Assembly: GCA_015680685.1 (NCBI GenBank) | Contig: MNCI01000970.1 | Span: 148,832-212,831 of the forward strand | Length of the DNA stretch: 64,000 nucleotides | From: Gnetum montanum | Lineage: Eukaryota > Plantae > Gnetophyta | Direction: 5' to 3' | Part shown: positions 12,279-24,046 of the stretch, piece by piece | Numbering within the stretch: the first letter of the stretch is position 1 | Layout: each line of letters starts with the position of its first letter | Notes under the pieces: model-generated | The model's input: only the letters and a program-made list of their open reading frames with translations | The model's database searches: none | Told to the model about the DNA's origin: nothing | Translations under genes and position numbers: made by a program

Positions 12279-14787
12279 TCATGTAGTTCCTGGTGGTGGT
12301 GGCTCCTCCATTGGCGCTTTCTCTTTTTCTTGTGCCCCAGGCTTTGAGGCTTGATGGCGTTGAAGTATGGCCTAGAGCTTCTTCTCTTTAGTCTGAGGGT
12401 CTTGTGCTACCTGCTTGATGTGGGTGATTGCTACCTGCTACTCGAGCTCTGTCCTCAGGCACCCTACTATTAACATGGTAAGATTGGCATACCTCATATT
12501 TGCCAACTCCATGTACTCTATCAGATCCTGAATCTGCAGGTCTCAGCTCTTAACTTCCGCTTGGTGGGCGAAGGCATATGTCTCCAATATGGCCCACCAG
12601 TCAGTGTGTTGAGCACTGATAGTGTTGATTCGGGCCTTGGCCATATGGATCTCCTTTACATGGATCTATTTATACATCCCCACTTGATTGTAGAAGTGCT
12701 CCTTTAGCTTCTCATGTCGTTTAGCCTCATTTTTCCACACACTTATCTCAATAGCTGACTGTTGACGAATGGCATGTACCTCCTCCATCAAGAGGATTCT
12801 ATTCTCTCTGGCTAAATGGCATACGTCTCGGTTGACCCAGATGAATTTTTTTTGCAATTGATAGAAGTGTTCCTCAAAAATGTCCTTTTCCTTTTCCATA
12901 GTGCTCAACCAAAGGTTGTCTACAACGAGTTGCTTGTTTTCTTCTTGTAAGGGCTTGAGTGCCTTAATATGTGCATGAGTTTGTGCCTGTGCTACAAAGG
13001 CATCCCAAAAAAATCTTCTTTTTTTCATCAGCCACCCTTTTATTCTTCGTGATTAGCTTGGTTAGTTACTCCATTCTAAAATTATCTAGCTAGTCTACGG
13101 GAACGAATTGCAGAGGCTCTCGCTGTGTTGCTTGTAGTGTTACCAGCTGCTCTTGCAATCTTTACACTTCTACCTTTGCATGCTTGGCCCTAACTTCGAT
13201 TAAGACCAGCTTCCCCTTTGTGGAAATGAGGTCTAACTGAATTTTTGTAACATCCTGAGGGATGTCAAACAGGGATGTCATTACTTGCCTTGTTTGGAGT
13301 AATCGATCAAGCACATCCTCATGTTTCGTAGGAGTCATTAAGGTTTTGGCCAAATTTTGAGCATCCCGTGCTCCTGTGAGATCTTCTAGTGTCACAATAG
13401 GTACATTGATTGATTCTTTGATGTGTTCTGCGATGACTTCTATAGCTCCCGCAGCATTCTGGTGCTGCATGACCACCACGGTGGCCCCTTCACCAGTTTC
13501 TAATTGCATCTGGAAAGATGTCGTGTTTCCTGAGATCTGTTGTAACCATCTACTTTCCCCTCCTCCTATGTGGATTGATACTTCCCCCCTTGTACGATCC
13601 ACAGAAATAATGGGCTGAATGGCATCATCGATGACGCAGAAGAGGGTTGCATCATCACGACTTCCCCAACTGACCGGCTCAGCAATGGCCCTGAGATGGC
13701 TCATCAACGGTTTGTAGTCTTGCGGCGATTGTTGATCCTAGCCTGTGTTGCACCCTACTTCCTGTTGTTGGCTAGGACCCATGCTTGGAGGTTGGCTGGG
13801 TCCTGCAAATTGAGTTGTAGTTGGTCCAGCCATATGTTCTTCTTCTTGTTCTGGTCCTAACTCTTCGCCGGTGCTTTTCCTTGGAGTTGGCGCCTTTAGT
13901 AATTCAGCATATGAAGTAGTTTGAACTTTTCAGAGGACATCATTGGTGTACCCCCAAATACCAACACATCAGCAAAGCTTTCTGATTAGACAAGGGAAAG
14001 GCAATGCCATTTTCCCTATCTTTCGTTCCTCGAACCACCTCAGGATCTCTGTTAAATATAGATGGGGTAGGTTAGCAATAACCTTTCCCATCAGCACTGC
14101 ACATCCTCTAGCCACATACGTTGATATTATTTTCAATCCCTTCATGGGGAAGAGGTGATATGTTCCAATTTTGAAGTAAATCCTCTCTTCCATCGTCAAC
14201 TCACCAAATGTTTTATCTCTGCCATAAGCCTTCTCCAACCAATCCTTTCGTACATCGAGGTCTAAATAGGTGGATAACTGAGCAACTTTGGGCCCTGTAT
14301 TCAGAAGGTTTAACACTTCCAAAATGGTCTGCGTGGAGAAGTCAACTGTCAAACCACAAATATTGATAGTGGTGCCTTTCTCTCTATTATGCCAAAATTG
14401 GTACGTCTCTCCTAGGTACCAGGCACCGCTTGCAAAGAGCATAGGCAATAAGGGAGACCCCTTGAGGTGATCCCTAACAACCTCAGGAGTGAACTCTTCA
14501 AAAGATTCAAAGTTAAATTCCACAATCACTGCAGTGAATGTGGACTTCTTGTGGATGGCTTGAACACAATCTTGGGGCAACGTGAGATGTTGTCCTTGTT
14601 CAGGTGCTGCAGCAGCTCCTCCTTCTGCCTACCCGAACCGTACGGTAGGAGGATCTTCTTGATGAATGCTGAATGCTTATTTTTCCTATTCTGCATGTTT
14701 TCTGGCAGGATCTTGTCTTCCACCTCTCTAAGATCATTTTTTTCCACCTTGAGGAGGACCTTCCTGTTGTCCACGTTTCAGGGCCAT
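12279..14787 (-). pseudogene. Element C accessory ORF (~830 codons, disrupted): plant transposon protein (Transposase_32/ATHILA-ORF-like) domain + long coiled coil
   Basis: ORF 13969-14580 ends ANLPHLYLTEI...KMALPFPCLIRKLC, a motif typical of this family. ORFs 13162-13707 and 12666-13028 are heptad-rich. ATG at 14787 follows a ttgcag acceptor-like site. Confidence 0.8.
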
Positions 14788-15260
14788 CTGCAATCACACG
14801 GGTTCAAGCATTAGTAAGGTTGTTTTTGAAGTTAAGTTATACCTTACTGCTTGCCTTAATTAATGATCTTATGTTATCACATGTGATATTGCCTAAAAAA
14901 CTATAATAATGAGAAATGTGACTTAGGTGGTTTCCCATTTTAGTTTCCCGGTATACCTAGGGATTAAATGATTTTTTGGCACAATTATTCTAAGTGTTAT
15001 AGTTAATTACCCTAGATGATGTCCTTTGGGTGATGATAAATTCCAAAAAAGTTAGGCACTTTTCAGCAAATGTCCCTCCCCCACGACTAAGCTGAACACT
15101 CCAGGTTCAAGTAGGTTCAGACGGAATTAAAATGGGAGTACCAGCGAGTGAGATATAGTTAGAAAAGCAAGGGTTACTCAATCGCAAGTCATAGAGAAAA
15201 AATTCAAAAACTCCCCCATGTGAATGGCAAAAATGATGCTAAGTGTTGCATGGGGGTCAC

Positions 15261-15352
15261 CTATTTATAGGTTACAAGGATGTGATATTGCATATGGTAC
15301 ATCACGTACGTGATATTACATCAGCCACAATATTGCGTACACGATATCATGG
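15261..15352 (-). promoter_or_regulatory. Internal promoter of the element C accessory gene
   Basis: TATA (minus ctataaatag) at 15261-15270, with decayed GCGATATCGC repeats at 15282-15291, 15310-15319 and 15327-15350. Confidence 0.65.
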
Positions 15353-16204
15353 CCCTAGGGACATAGGGCACCACAAGAATACCGAATTTTTTAAGGATTT
15401 TTTTTTTTCAAATCAACATTGTAAATTGAGGACATTGGGCTATTATCAAAGGGGTTCTAGGGCAATTCCATTAATTTGAAAGGCACAATTAATGATGATC
15501 GTGTGGATTTTATCAATAAAACCTCGAATAGGAGAAAAAGGCTATGTAATGGTATATAGGAATGTGGAAATTCAAAGGGATAATAGAAGGGAAAGAAAAA
15601 TTATAAAAAATTATGCTAAGGGTGTGAAATGGTGTGTGTGAGCTATGTCATAAGTGAATATTACAAAAAATTACATAAGTAGGTCCTCCCCAAAGCAGGT
15701 TTCAACCTATAATGCCCTTGTGTAACCACACTTAAAGTGCCCGTGGGCACTAGAAGGGTTAAATGTAATCCGCACTAACTCCACAAAACACACACATGTA
15801 AATATCACCGGAATGATGTAAGAATTCTATGTTACACACGACACGAGCTACAATTACACGAAAAGTGAGATGAGACGAACTATAAAAAGGGATTGTAGAG
15901 ATTGGGACGTGAGGTAACTGACCCAGGGTATAGCGAATCCTACGTGAAAAGCATGATTAACATGTCACTAACCGATCGTTCCAAGATTAGGACCAAGTCC
16001 ATCCTTCTAATCAGTGACATCTTATTGTTTCATCCCATGATGAATAACTATGAGAGTACCATAACAACAAGGCATACGATCACTTGGCGTTTTGTTCAAG
16101 GGAGGAGTGATCTTTGTTTTGTGGCACTTTTCTTTTCATTTTCTTTTCTCTTTCTCTTCTTTTTTTTTTTGAATACTGAATCCAGAGAAGCCGCCAACCT
16201 TCAG

Positions 16205-16255
16205 NNNNNNNNNNNNNNNNNNNNNNNNNNNNNNNNNNNNNNNNNNNNNNNNNNN
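16205..16255. other. Assembly gap (51 N)
   Basis: Run of N. Confidence 1.
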
Positions 16256-16582
16256 TGGGTACAATGAACACAAAATTAATTTTAAGTTTTAAGAATGTCA
16301 AGAATATCACTGTACCTTCAAACAGAACCTCTTATTTGTAGAGTGGATGAGTGGGTGTAATGGGCTCACTATCCACATAATTGATCACTCGAGACACGAT
16401 AACATAAAACACACCTCAACCAACGATCCACATGAGTGTTTTATTCGTAGATGATATTACTTACAAAAACGTAAAAAGATAAAAAGATAAAAAGATAAAA
16501 TAAGAAATTGAAAAATGAAAAACTAGAAAAAAAAGTTGTAAAATTAAAGAAAATAAAAAGTGGTTATTAATCCTCCTTGTTA

Positions 16583-18565
16583 TTAGAATGGGGGGTATCC
16601 CCCATAACTAATCAGTTGAGGATGGCAAGGATTAATAAATGGAAGATCAGGATCCTTACATGTTGGAAGTGTTGGGGCTTGGCCATACTTACCCCATCGG
16701 GGTTCACACACTTGGTTATAATGAGCATAGTGGGGTAATTGATATGATGTAGTTCCCAGATAACGAGTTGACCCACTATGATATTTGGGACCATTATATG
16801 GTATGCAAGGATTGGGTTTTCGCTCTCCATTTCTGTGTTCATTGAGCCATATTGTTGTTAGAGCGTGAGTTGGTGGCCCTAATGAAGTTACATGAGGCGT
16901 TGGGTTCGAAGATAAGGGTGCACCATAGGGTTGGACTTTTGCTGAGTTGGAGGATGCAGTGGCTTTGGAATTGTGTTGTCCCTTATTAGGATCATTTCTA
17001 AAGAAGGGGTGCCTTCGATGTTGCTGAGGTCTCTCACTGCTATTGGCAGTAGTAGCACAAGTAACGTTCGTGGGTTGTTGCTGTGGTGCAGGCACCTTAG
17101 GAACAATTGGTGGTGATGTATAAGGAAGGAAAGGATGAGAATGTTGAAAGTTAAGAGGAGTATAGGGTGCACAAGGGGGTGGTTGTGTTGAAGGTATGGG
17201 CGATAGTATTGAGGAGAATGGTACTGTGGTGAGATAAAGTGCATTGGCCTAGTTCGAGAAATAGGATGTTGAACAAGATAAGCATTTGAATTCAAATGAT
17301 ATGAAGGATGACTCCATTCTAGTGGTGGTCTTCTCCACGACTGGGATTGTTGCCACTATGATCGAACACAGTATCTCTATATGAACTCTGGATGTAACGT
17401 GCTTCCCCAATGCTCATGTAAATGTAACAATATTGGGCATTGGCCCTTAGGGTGATCATATAGACATATGTTGCATTCATACGTATGATTGGCAGTTGAG
17501 CTCTTATTTTCCTTATCCCTTCTTTTCAATTGCCTAATGTTTTTTCCTATTTCTTAGGTTGTCAAAACTCTATCTCCAATAATATTGATAAATTCTCCAC
17601 ACTTTTGATACATCCATTCCAATATCTTATTGATCTTTGCCTCGACTTCTTCTAATGTTTGTTGTGTTGGAAAATATGATGTTTCCACCTTGAGATTGAT
17701 TGATTTCTCCTTTTTATGATCATGGACCTTTGTTAAGTTGAGATTTTGGTCCCGTTGATGTTTTTTAACACTCTCCCATCTAGTCGTTTCTCCTTCTTCT
17801 TTTGCTACCCGCTTAACAAGCTCTTGGACTTGATGGGTTTGTACTTCGTATAGTTGAACTTGGGCATACATTCCTAGGGTCTCTCTTGTTGCATCACAAA
17901 GCCCATCAATGATATGGTCCATTAGCCTTTCCTCAGAAAACCCATGGCCTAGACAATTGTTTAACAGTGCCTACTATCTTTCTAAGGCCATGTCCAAGGG
18001 TTCATTTTTTGCTTGTTTCCACTCTTGGATTTGTTTCCTCAAGGCTAACACTCTTGTGTAGGTTTGATATTTTTCGTTAAAGACTTCTACCATTGTTGAC
18101 CAGTGTCATATTAAATTTGGTTTTAATGATCTATACCATACTTTTTCTTGGTCAATGAGTGTCATAGGAAAGAGCTTAAGTTTTTACCAACTATTATCAA
18201 TGTTGTTCCATGCGCAGGCATAGTAGAAGACTTGTAAATATTGATGCATATCTAAGTCATAGCCTCCTGAACAAGTAGGGAAGTTTTTAAAATTGAGCCT
18301 GGGTAGACAGCTCTCTTTACGATGCCTACGTGAGATTCGAATAGCCTCTTGTATTTGCGTTAGGCTTGTAGTGGCCAATAGGGGTTCATCGTCAGTGGGT
18401 AAGTTATGCTTTCATGTGTTGGGATGACGTTGTTTTCATTCATGTTTATAAGAAACCCCCACTTCAAGTTTTGTACTCCAATCTTCATCGTCATATAGTT
18501 CGTTGGTTCTCTAATGAACTTCCTCACTAAGTGTGGCATTATTGTAATTTTGTAGGAGAGCCATG
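16583..18565 (-). pseudogene. Element C gag with Zn-knuckle-like segment and Pro-rich tail
   Basis: Retrotrans_gag-like LPRLNFKNFPTCSG...QYLQVFYYAC...LKLFPMTL; Cys/His segment near 17440-17480; Pro/His-rich C-terminus; stops and frameshifts. Confidence 0.75.
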
Positions 18566-18688
18566 GTTGTGAAGTTGTGTGTGAAATTACGTGTGACTTT
18601 TTATAATAATTATTTTTTCTAAAAGATATATCATTAATTCCTTTACAGCGACCTTGTATGATATAACTAATCTAGATAACTAGCACCG

Positions 18689-18706
18689 TCCCCCGCAACA
18701 GTGCCA
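18689..18706 (-). promoter_or_regulatory. PBS (decayed tRNA-Asp type) of element C
   Basis: tcccccgcaacagtgcca versus tccccggcaacggcgcca in element B. Confidence 0.85.
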
Positions 18707-18707
18707 A

Positions 18708-19550
18708 TGATGAGTGGCGAGGTACCCCTACAATCAACCATACGAATATGAGTGTTACACGTGCAATCCGGTCAAACTCCACAGATGGACTAGTTGTGGC
18801 ATCTAGACAGTTAGCCTTAGGTCACAGTTCATTGTCTTCCCACCTAGACTAATATTAGCTTTGTCACGTATGGTTTAGTCCAAAGTGAGGTGTATGATGT
18901 GGTTTCTAATCTAACGCTACTCCTAAAAGCAATGGAAAGTAATATTAACTAAGCTAGGAGAGAAGGGTGAGAGAATCTAAACTAGCCTAAGTGCAATGAG
19001 CATCTATTCCTTGATTATCCGTACACATCTTGGACTTCGTGCATGACAACAACTGGGATTACCAAGCGCAGATCCTAGGTACGCTACTGGGTTACCAAGT
19101 AGTCACACTTAAATGCTTGTAATCAAGTCGTACTCATTCCGTGTTTTAACATGAGTTTAAGGGTGAGAAAGATTAACTAGGAAAGCAGTAAATAACAATT
19201 AATTAAATGATTAATCTAAGTTAATGTTGCAATGATGAAGTAATCTCGATCTTTATTACCAAACATGTGCATGTCTAAGTATGTCACACTCAAATAAAGA
19301 ATGTTGTACAATTACAATCACCACACTGCGGGCATACACTGAAAAATAATTCTAACTCTAAGAAGGAAAAACTACAAGAGTTTGGCTAAGGAACTAAAAA
19401 TTTTTTCCTAAGCTCATTTTTCTACCTCTTATTTATAGATGAGGAGACAGGCCGCGATATCTCGTATGCGATATCGCAGGTTGGGCTGCGATATCGCGTA
19501 TGCGATATCGCGACAACGATATCGCGGTTGCCCCAAATGACGACTCATCA
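18708..19550 (-). repeat. 5' LTR of element C (843 bp)
   Basis: Matches 11286-12114; the differences are mostly transitions at CpG sites. Confidence 0.95.
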
Positions 19551-19555
19551 ATCCA

Positions 19556-21030
19556 TTTATTAAAATATTAATTTTAAAGTACTTTTCTCTACTTTATCTT
19601 CTTTAATTTTATTTTTCTCTCTTCTACTTGGTTCAAAAACCTTTCTCTTAGTAGATGGATTACAAATGATGTTTGAAGGCCTAGAAGTATTTAATCTTTC
19701 TTTGATCATAGATTATATCCACTTTCCTCATTGTTATTACACTCTTTATCTAACGATATATCCTCCTTAGAACTTGATAGGGAATAAGTGTCACTAGATC
19801 CCTTGTTAGAAGATTTACTTGCATAATGAACACTAGACAGCTCATTATTAGATTCAATATTGAGGAAGTTAGACATAAGAAGATCATTTTCATCCTCATC
19901 TTCTACTAACTTGGTATCTTGATGTTAATATTTTCTATTTTTCTTTTCTTCCTTGATTTGAACTTTTTCCAAAGCTTTTTCTAGGTTCACTACTTTGTTG
20001 GATAAATCTTTCATTAGTTGTCCTTTTTCAAATTCTTTGCTTTCTAACTCTTGATCTATCTTACTACTTTGTTGGATAAATCTTTCATTAGTTGTCCTTT
20101 TTCAAATTCTTTGCTTTCTAACTCTTGATCTATCTTAACACAAGATGGTCCTATTAATGCTTTAAGTTAAGAAAAATTTTGCATAGGAAGCATAGCTTCC
20201 TTGTATCTTTTTCAAGTTGTGATAATCTCTTCATGATTTAAGTTCAATTGTTTTTCTAATTGTATAGCTTCACTAAAGTAGTCATTCAATGTTAGCAAGT
20301 TTGGAGTTCTCATTAACTAGATTGAAATCCTAGGATTCATAGCCTTAAGATAAGTATCTCTAATCATTTCATTTGATGGTCTATATTATCTTTGAAAGAG
20401 CCCACAAATTCTTTGAAACTTAATGTTAAAATCTTTAATAAACTCTTTAACTCCATGCTTAGCTTGTATTAGTCCATAGTACTATTGTTGATCCAATTGA
20501 TTGCCAAACTAGGCCAAGAAAATACTTTTCATATCATCCCAACTTGTGATATTATTTTTTGGTATGTTTGAATACCAAATTTAAGTCATATTCTTTAAAT
20601 TTACTACAAACAACCTATAGGCTTAATCTTGGTGTTGAACATTTGCATGAGCTAAAGCTACCTTAAACATATGGATGTGTTCCTTAGCCAAATAAGCCTT
20701 TCCAAGAATAAAAGGTTTAGGCACATATTTGTAAACTACCTTAGGAATATCATTATAGTTTTGAAATCCTAATGATATGACTCTTTACCAAGGATTTGCC
20801 ATCCTCTTAGAATTCCTTTTGATTGTTGAACTCTTATACTTCTTTGACTTTCTCATATAGACTAATAAACCAAACAGAAGAGGTGATCTTCTTATCCTTT
20901 TGGTCTTTACTCTACTACTTGTTTCAAATTTAAAAATCTTTTTTTGTTCTTCTTTTGATGAATAATTAGTCTTATAATCAAGAATTTCTTTGGAACCTTT
21001 GAATCTTCCAAACTATCAATTTGTTTGGTC
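19556..21030 (-). pseudogene. Tat gag remnant (continues at 11285 beyond the nested insertion)
   Basis: Retrotrans_gag-like YRLFVVNLK...WYSNIPKNNITSWDDMKSIFL at ~20620-20510. Confidence 0.8.
19989..20137. repeat. Perfect 74-bp tandem duplication
   Basis: tactttgttggataaatc...gatctatctt starts at both 19991 and 20065. Confidence 0.95.
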
Positions 21031-21133
21031 ATGAATTAAAAATGGTATCTAATTTCTTAACCCTTACTAGCAACAAAGAAATGTTGGTGTGCTAGGACTA
21101 TTAGGCTTATGAACTTCAAGAACATCTTTTCAG

Positions 21134-21150
21134 CTCTCCTTCTAGCACCA
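21134..21150 (-). promoter_or_regulatory. PBS (tRNA-Asn type) of the Tat element
   Basis: + ctctccttctagcacca resembles the 3' end of plant tRNA-Asn (ccctccttctagcgcca). Confidence 0.75.
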
Positions 21151-21157
21151 AAAGAAT

Positions 21158-24046
21158 TGTTGGTGATTGTTTGGGACCAAACCACCAACATTGGATGGCC
21201 TTTAGGTCTTGCAACCTTGGGGGTCACAAGATCGAAGGTGTTCTTCATATAGGATTTAGGTGTTTGCTTGTCTTTGTCAACACCAAGGCCCAAATACCTA
21301 CAAATAGACTTAGTAGTTATAAAATGAACTAATCGTGAGTATGTCTTTGCTATTGTGAATGTTAAAATGGTTGGGTTATGTATGAAACTGTAATTAGCTA
21401 TCATAAAGAAGATTCAACTATCTTTGTCAAATAGTGTGAGTTATTAGAAATTCCTATTTTGTCTAATCACTTAGTCTATATGGTCCCTATAGTATATTAA
21501 TTGTAATAAAAAAAATTTACAAAAATATTTGAGCATAATTTTGTCAATCTACTCCTAATTTACCCTAGATAGAAAGTTCCATAAGGAAACTAGAAATAGA
21601 GCAAGATTCAATGGACTTAGAAAGGGAAAGAAAAGAAAGCAGATTTGCATAAAATCTCAAATATTTAAGCAAGATAAATTGACATGAGGAAACACTTCGC
21701 AATAAAGCTATTCTAATTCAATCTAACTATGAATTGTTCAAACCTTCTAAGCTCAACAAGAAATTTTATAAAAGACAATCTTATTATACTACCAAAAATG
21801 TTGTGTAAATGAAAAGTCTGAGTCTCTATTTTGGCTAGTAAATAGTTGTCAAAGATTTCATTCAAAAATGCATTCAAAAATTTGATAGGATTGAAAAACC
21901 AAGGTAATACACTCTAAAATAATGAAGCTATTTCATTCATCTCAAAATACCAAAGATTTTCCTAGATCTTCTGTGCTAAAAACAAGTAATTTCACTAAGA
22001 CATTACTATTAAATTACTCTTGAGGCCTTTTAACAACATAAGATTTTCTATGGTAAATCTTAATATAAGTCTAATATTTTGCAAAAACATAGCTATAAAA
22101 GCAACCTAGGACAAATCCCAAAATTATATTCCAAGCATGATACTATCTAAACCATTAGCTAAGCAACTAAAACAAAATGAAAAAGAATAAACTCATAAGA
22201 TTATAGCAAAGAAGCCAAATTGATGTCTTTAATAAGCCATGCATTTACAATCTTTAATATCCTTCAAAGTTGCTCCACCTCTTTTCCCTTTTTAGTTCTA
22301 CCCTTGCAGCCTTTATATAGTAGCCTTAGGGTAGTTACAATAATCATGAGAGGTTAAGATGAACAAAAAATATCTAGATAATTTATTCATAACTACTTTA
22401 AAGTTGTGAGAAAATTTAGCTAAAGTTGGCAAGTGTCATACATCCTTACAAATATCTATGAGATCAAATTAGAACTTCCCTAGGAAGTTATAACTTCTAT
22501 ATAAAGTTACAATTTGTAGAAACTAAAGGTATATTTGACACTTGTCCATAAATTTCCTTCCTTCTTTCTTAAATAACAAAGTTTCTTTTACTTATACGTA
22601 TATTGTTATGATCAAAGTATATAAAACATCAAGCTTGTATTAAAAAAATCTTTTGTGTTATACTATAGGACAATCGTTAAGATAAAAATATTTTCAAATA
22701 AGGACATCCATCGTGTATGATGCCTGTGGCCATGAAAACTTATTTGCTGCATTTTTAATTATCATTCATTGTTCTTGGAAGCAAGACAAGTGGTTGTAGC
22801 TATTTTTTACACAGAATAGATCGATTGCTATTAGCTTCAGATCATACCACCTTCACTTCTGGCAATGATTTCATTGGAACAGTAGGCATTAGCATCAACA
22901 TAGGTTGTGGTGTTAGTTCTGGCATAGGTTTAGGCTACAAGAGGTCACGCGTCATTGTTACCCTCATCTTGTTGACACAGTAAAATGAAACATCAAGAAC
23001 ATGTACTTGGTGTTCCATCTTTTGCAATGGTGGTGCTCAGTCATGTTGATCTTCTCCTATGCACACATTGTTGAATGTATTCTTGCCACCAATGGCATTA
23101 CTCTACTAGAGGATGTACTCTACAAATAAGTAAACAAAGCTGCATCATGACCATTTGGCCACTGATGCTCTGCATATAAAACAATCATATTTTTTTTTAT
23201 AATAATGTTAGGGCTTATTTTCAATGTTGATGCAGATGATGTTGTTGATGTTGAAACAACAGTGTCGTCACTGGTAGCGGAGCTACTGTGAAATCAACAC
23301 TTTGCTTCCCACCATCATAGTTAGGGTTAATGAGTCTACAATGCTTTTCCTTTCTTTTTTAGGGATGTCAATGACATTGATGTCCTTCATTTGAAAATCG
23401 TAGAGTGATTCCAAGGCCCTCTCTTAATTTCAATCTTGTTTACATAAATTGTGTTATTAATCATTATTCTCTAGTTTTTTTTGTCTTTGTTTATTTTTCT
23501 TATTTCTATTCATTTAACGCATGCAACTGCAATCATATTTGGGCTTGAATTTGTATTTTTGTCTTGTTTTAATTTAGCAAGTAACCCCATCCTTAACATG
23601 GTTCTTCATCTATTATGGGTTTTCATTTAACGCAGAGCCTACATTTTTTCTCTCCCATACCATTTCAAAAATCTAACACCATAACGTTAACTTTTATTTT
23701 CTCTATGGATCTTCTTGTATGTGTGATAGTTCTAAGTGTGAGATAGGAAAACCAACAAACATACTTCATGTAAATTAATCAGTGGTCTTAGTCTCTAAAT
23801 TTTGAAAATTCTAGAGCATTAATGATGTGAACATGCCAACTCCCTCTCTACCCTTTGATTAAATTTTAGTATCAAAGTAAAAATAACTTTAGGTTGAGCA
23901 ATGCATCATCATACCACATAATTTAAATCTACTTTCTACACATTAATAAGTAGAACTTGTATATCACCAACATGCCCAACTCCAATAATTTTCTTTTCAA
24001 ACCAGGCACATTTTACTACTACTCCAAGAAATGGTCTTATGTGATA
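21158..24046 (-). repeat. 5' LTR of the Tat element (~2.89 kb)
   Basis: tgttggtgattgtttgg...tatgtgata, homologous to 3118-5989. Confidence 0.92.

Larger units (their letters stand above)
11286..19550 (-). mobile_element. Athila-like element C: gag + accessory ORF, no pol visible (probably non-autonomous)
   Basis: LTRs at 11286-12114 and 18708-19550 (tgatgag...ctcatca). Perfect TSD atcca (11281-11285, 19551-19555). PBS at 18689-18706. Confidence 0.93.
3118..24046 (-). mobile_element. Full-length, decayed Tat-clade Ty3/Gypsy element (gag-PR-aRH-RT-RH-INT), ~12.7 kb excluding nested element C
   Basis: Paired LTRs at 3118-5989 and 21158-24046. TSD ggtac/agtac (3113-3117, 24047-24051). PBS at 21134-21150, PPT at ~5995-6010, recognisable pol domains. 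Confidence 0.92.

Noticed and set aside
12279-14787. Calling the accessory ORF a true envelope protein
   Set aside because: No signal peptide or transmembrane segment is evident; it is a soluble-looking domain plus coiled coil.
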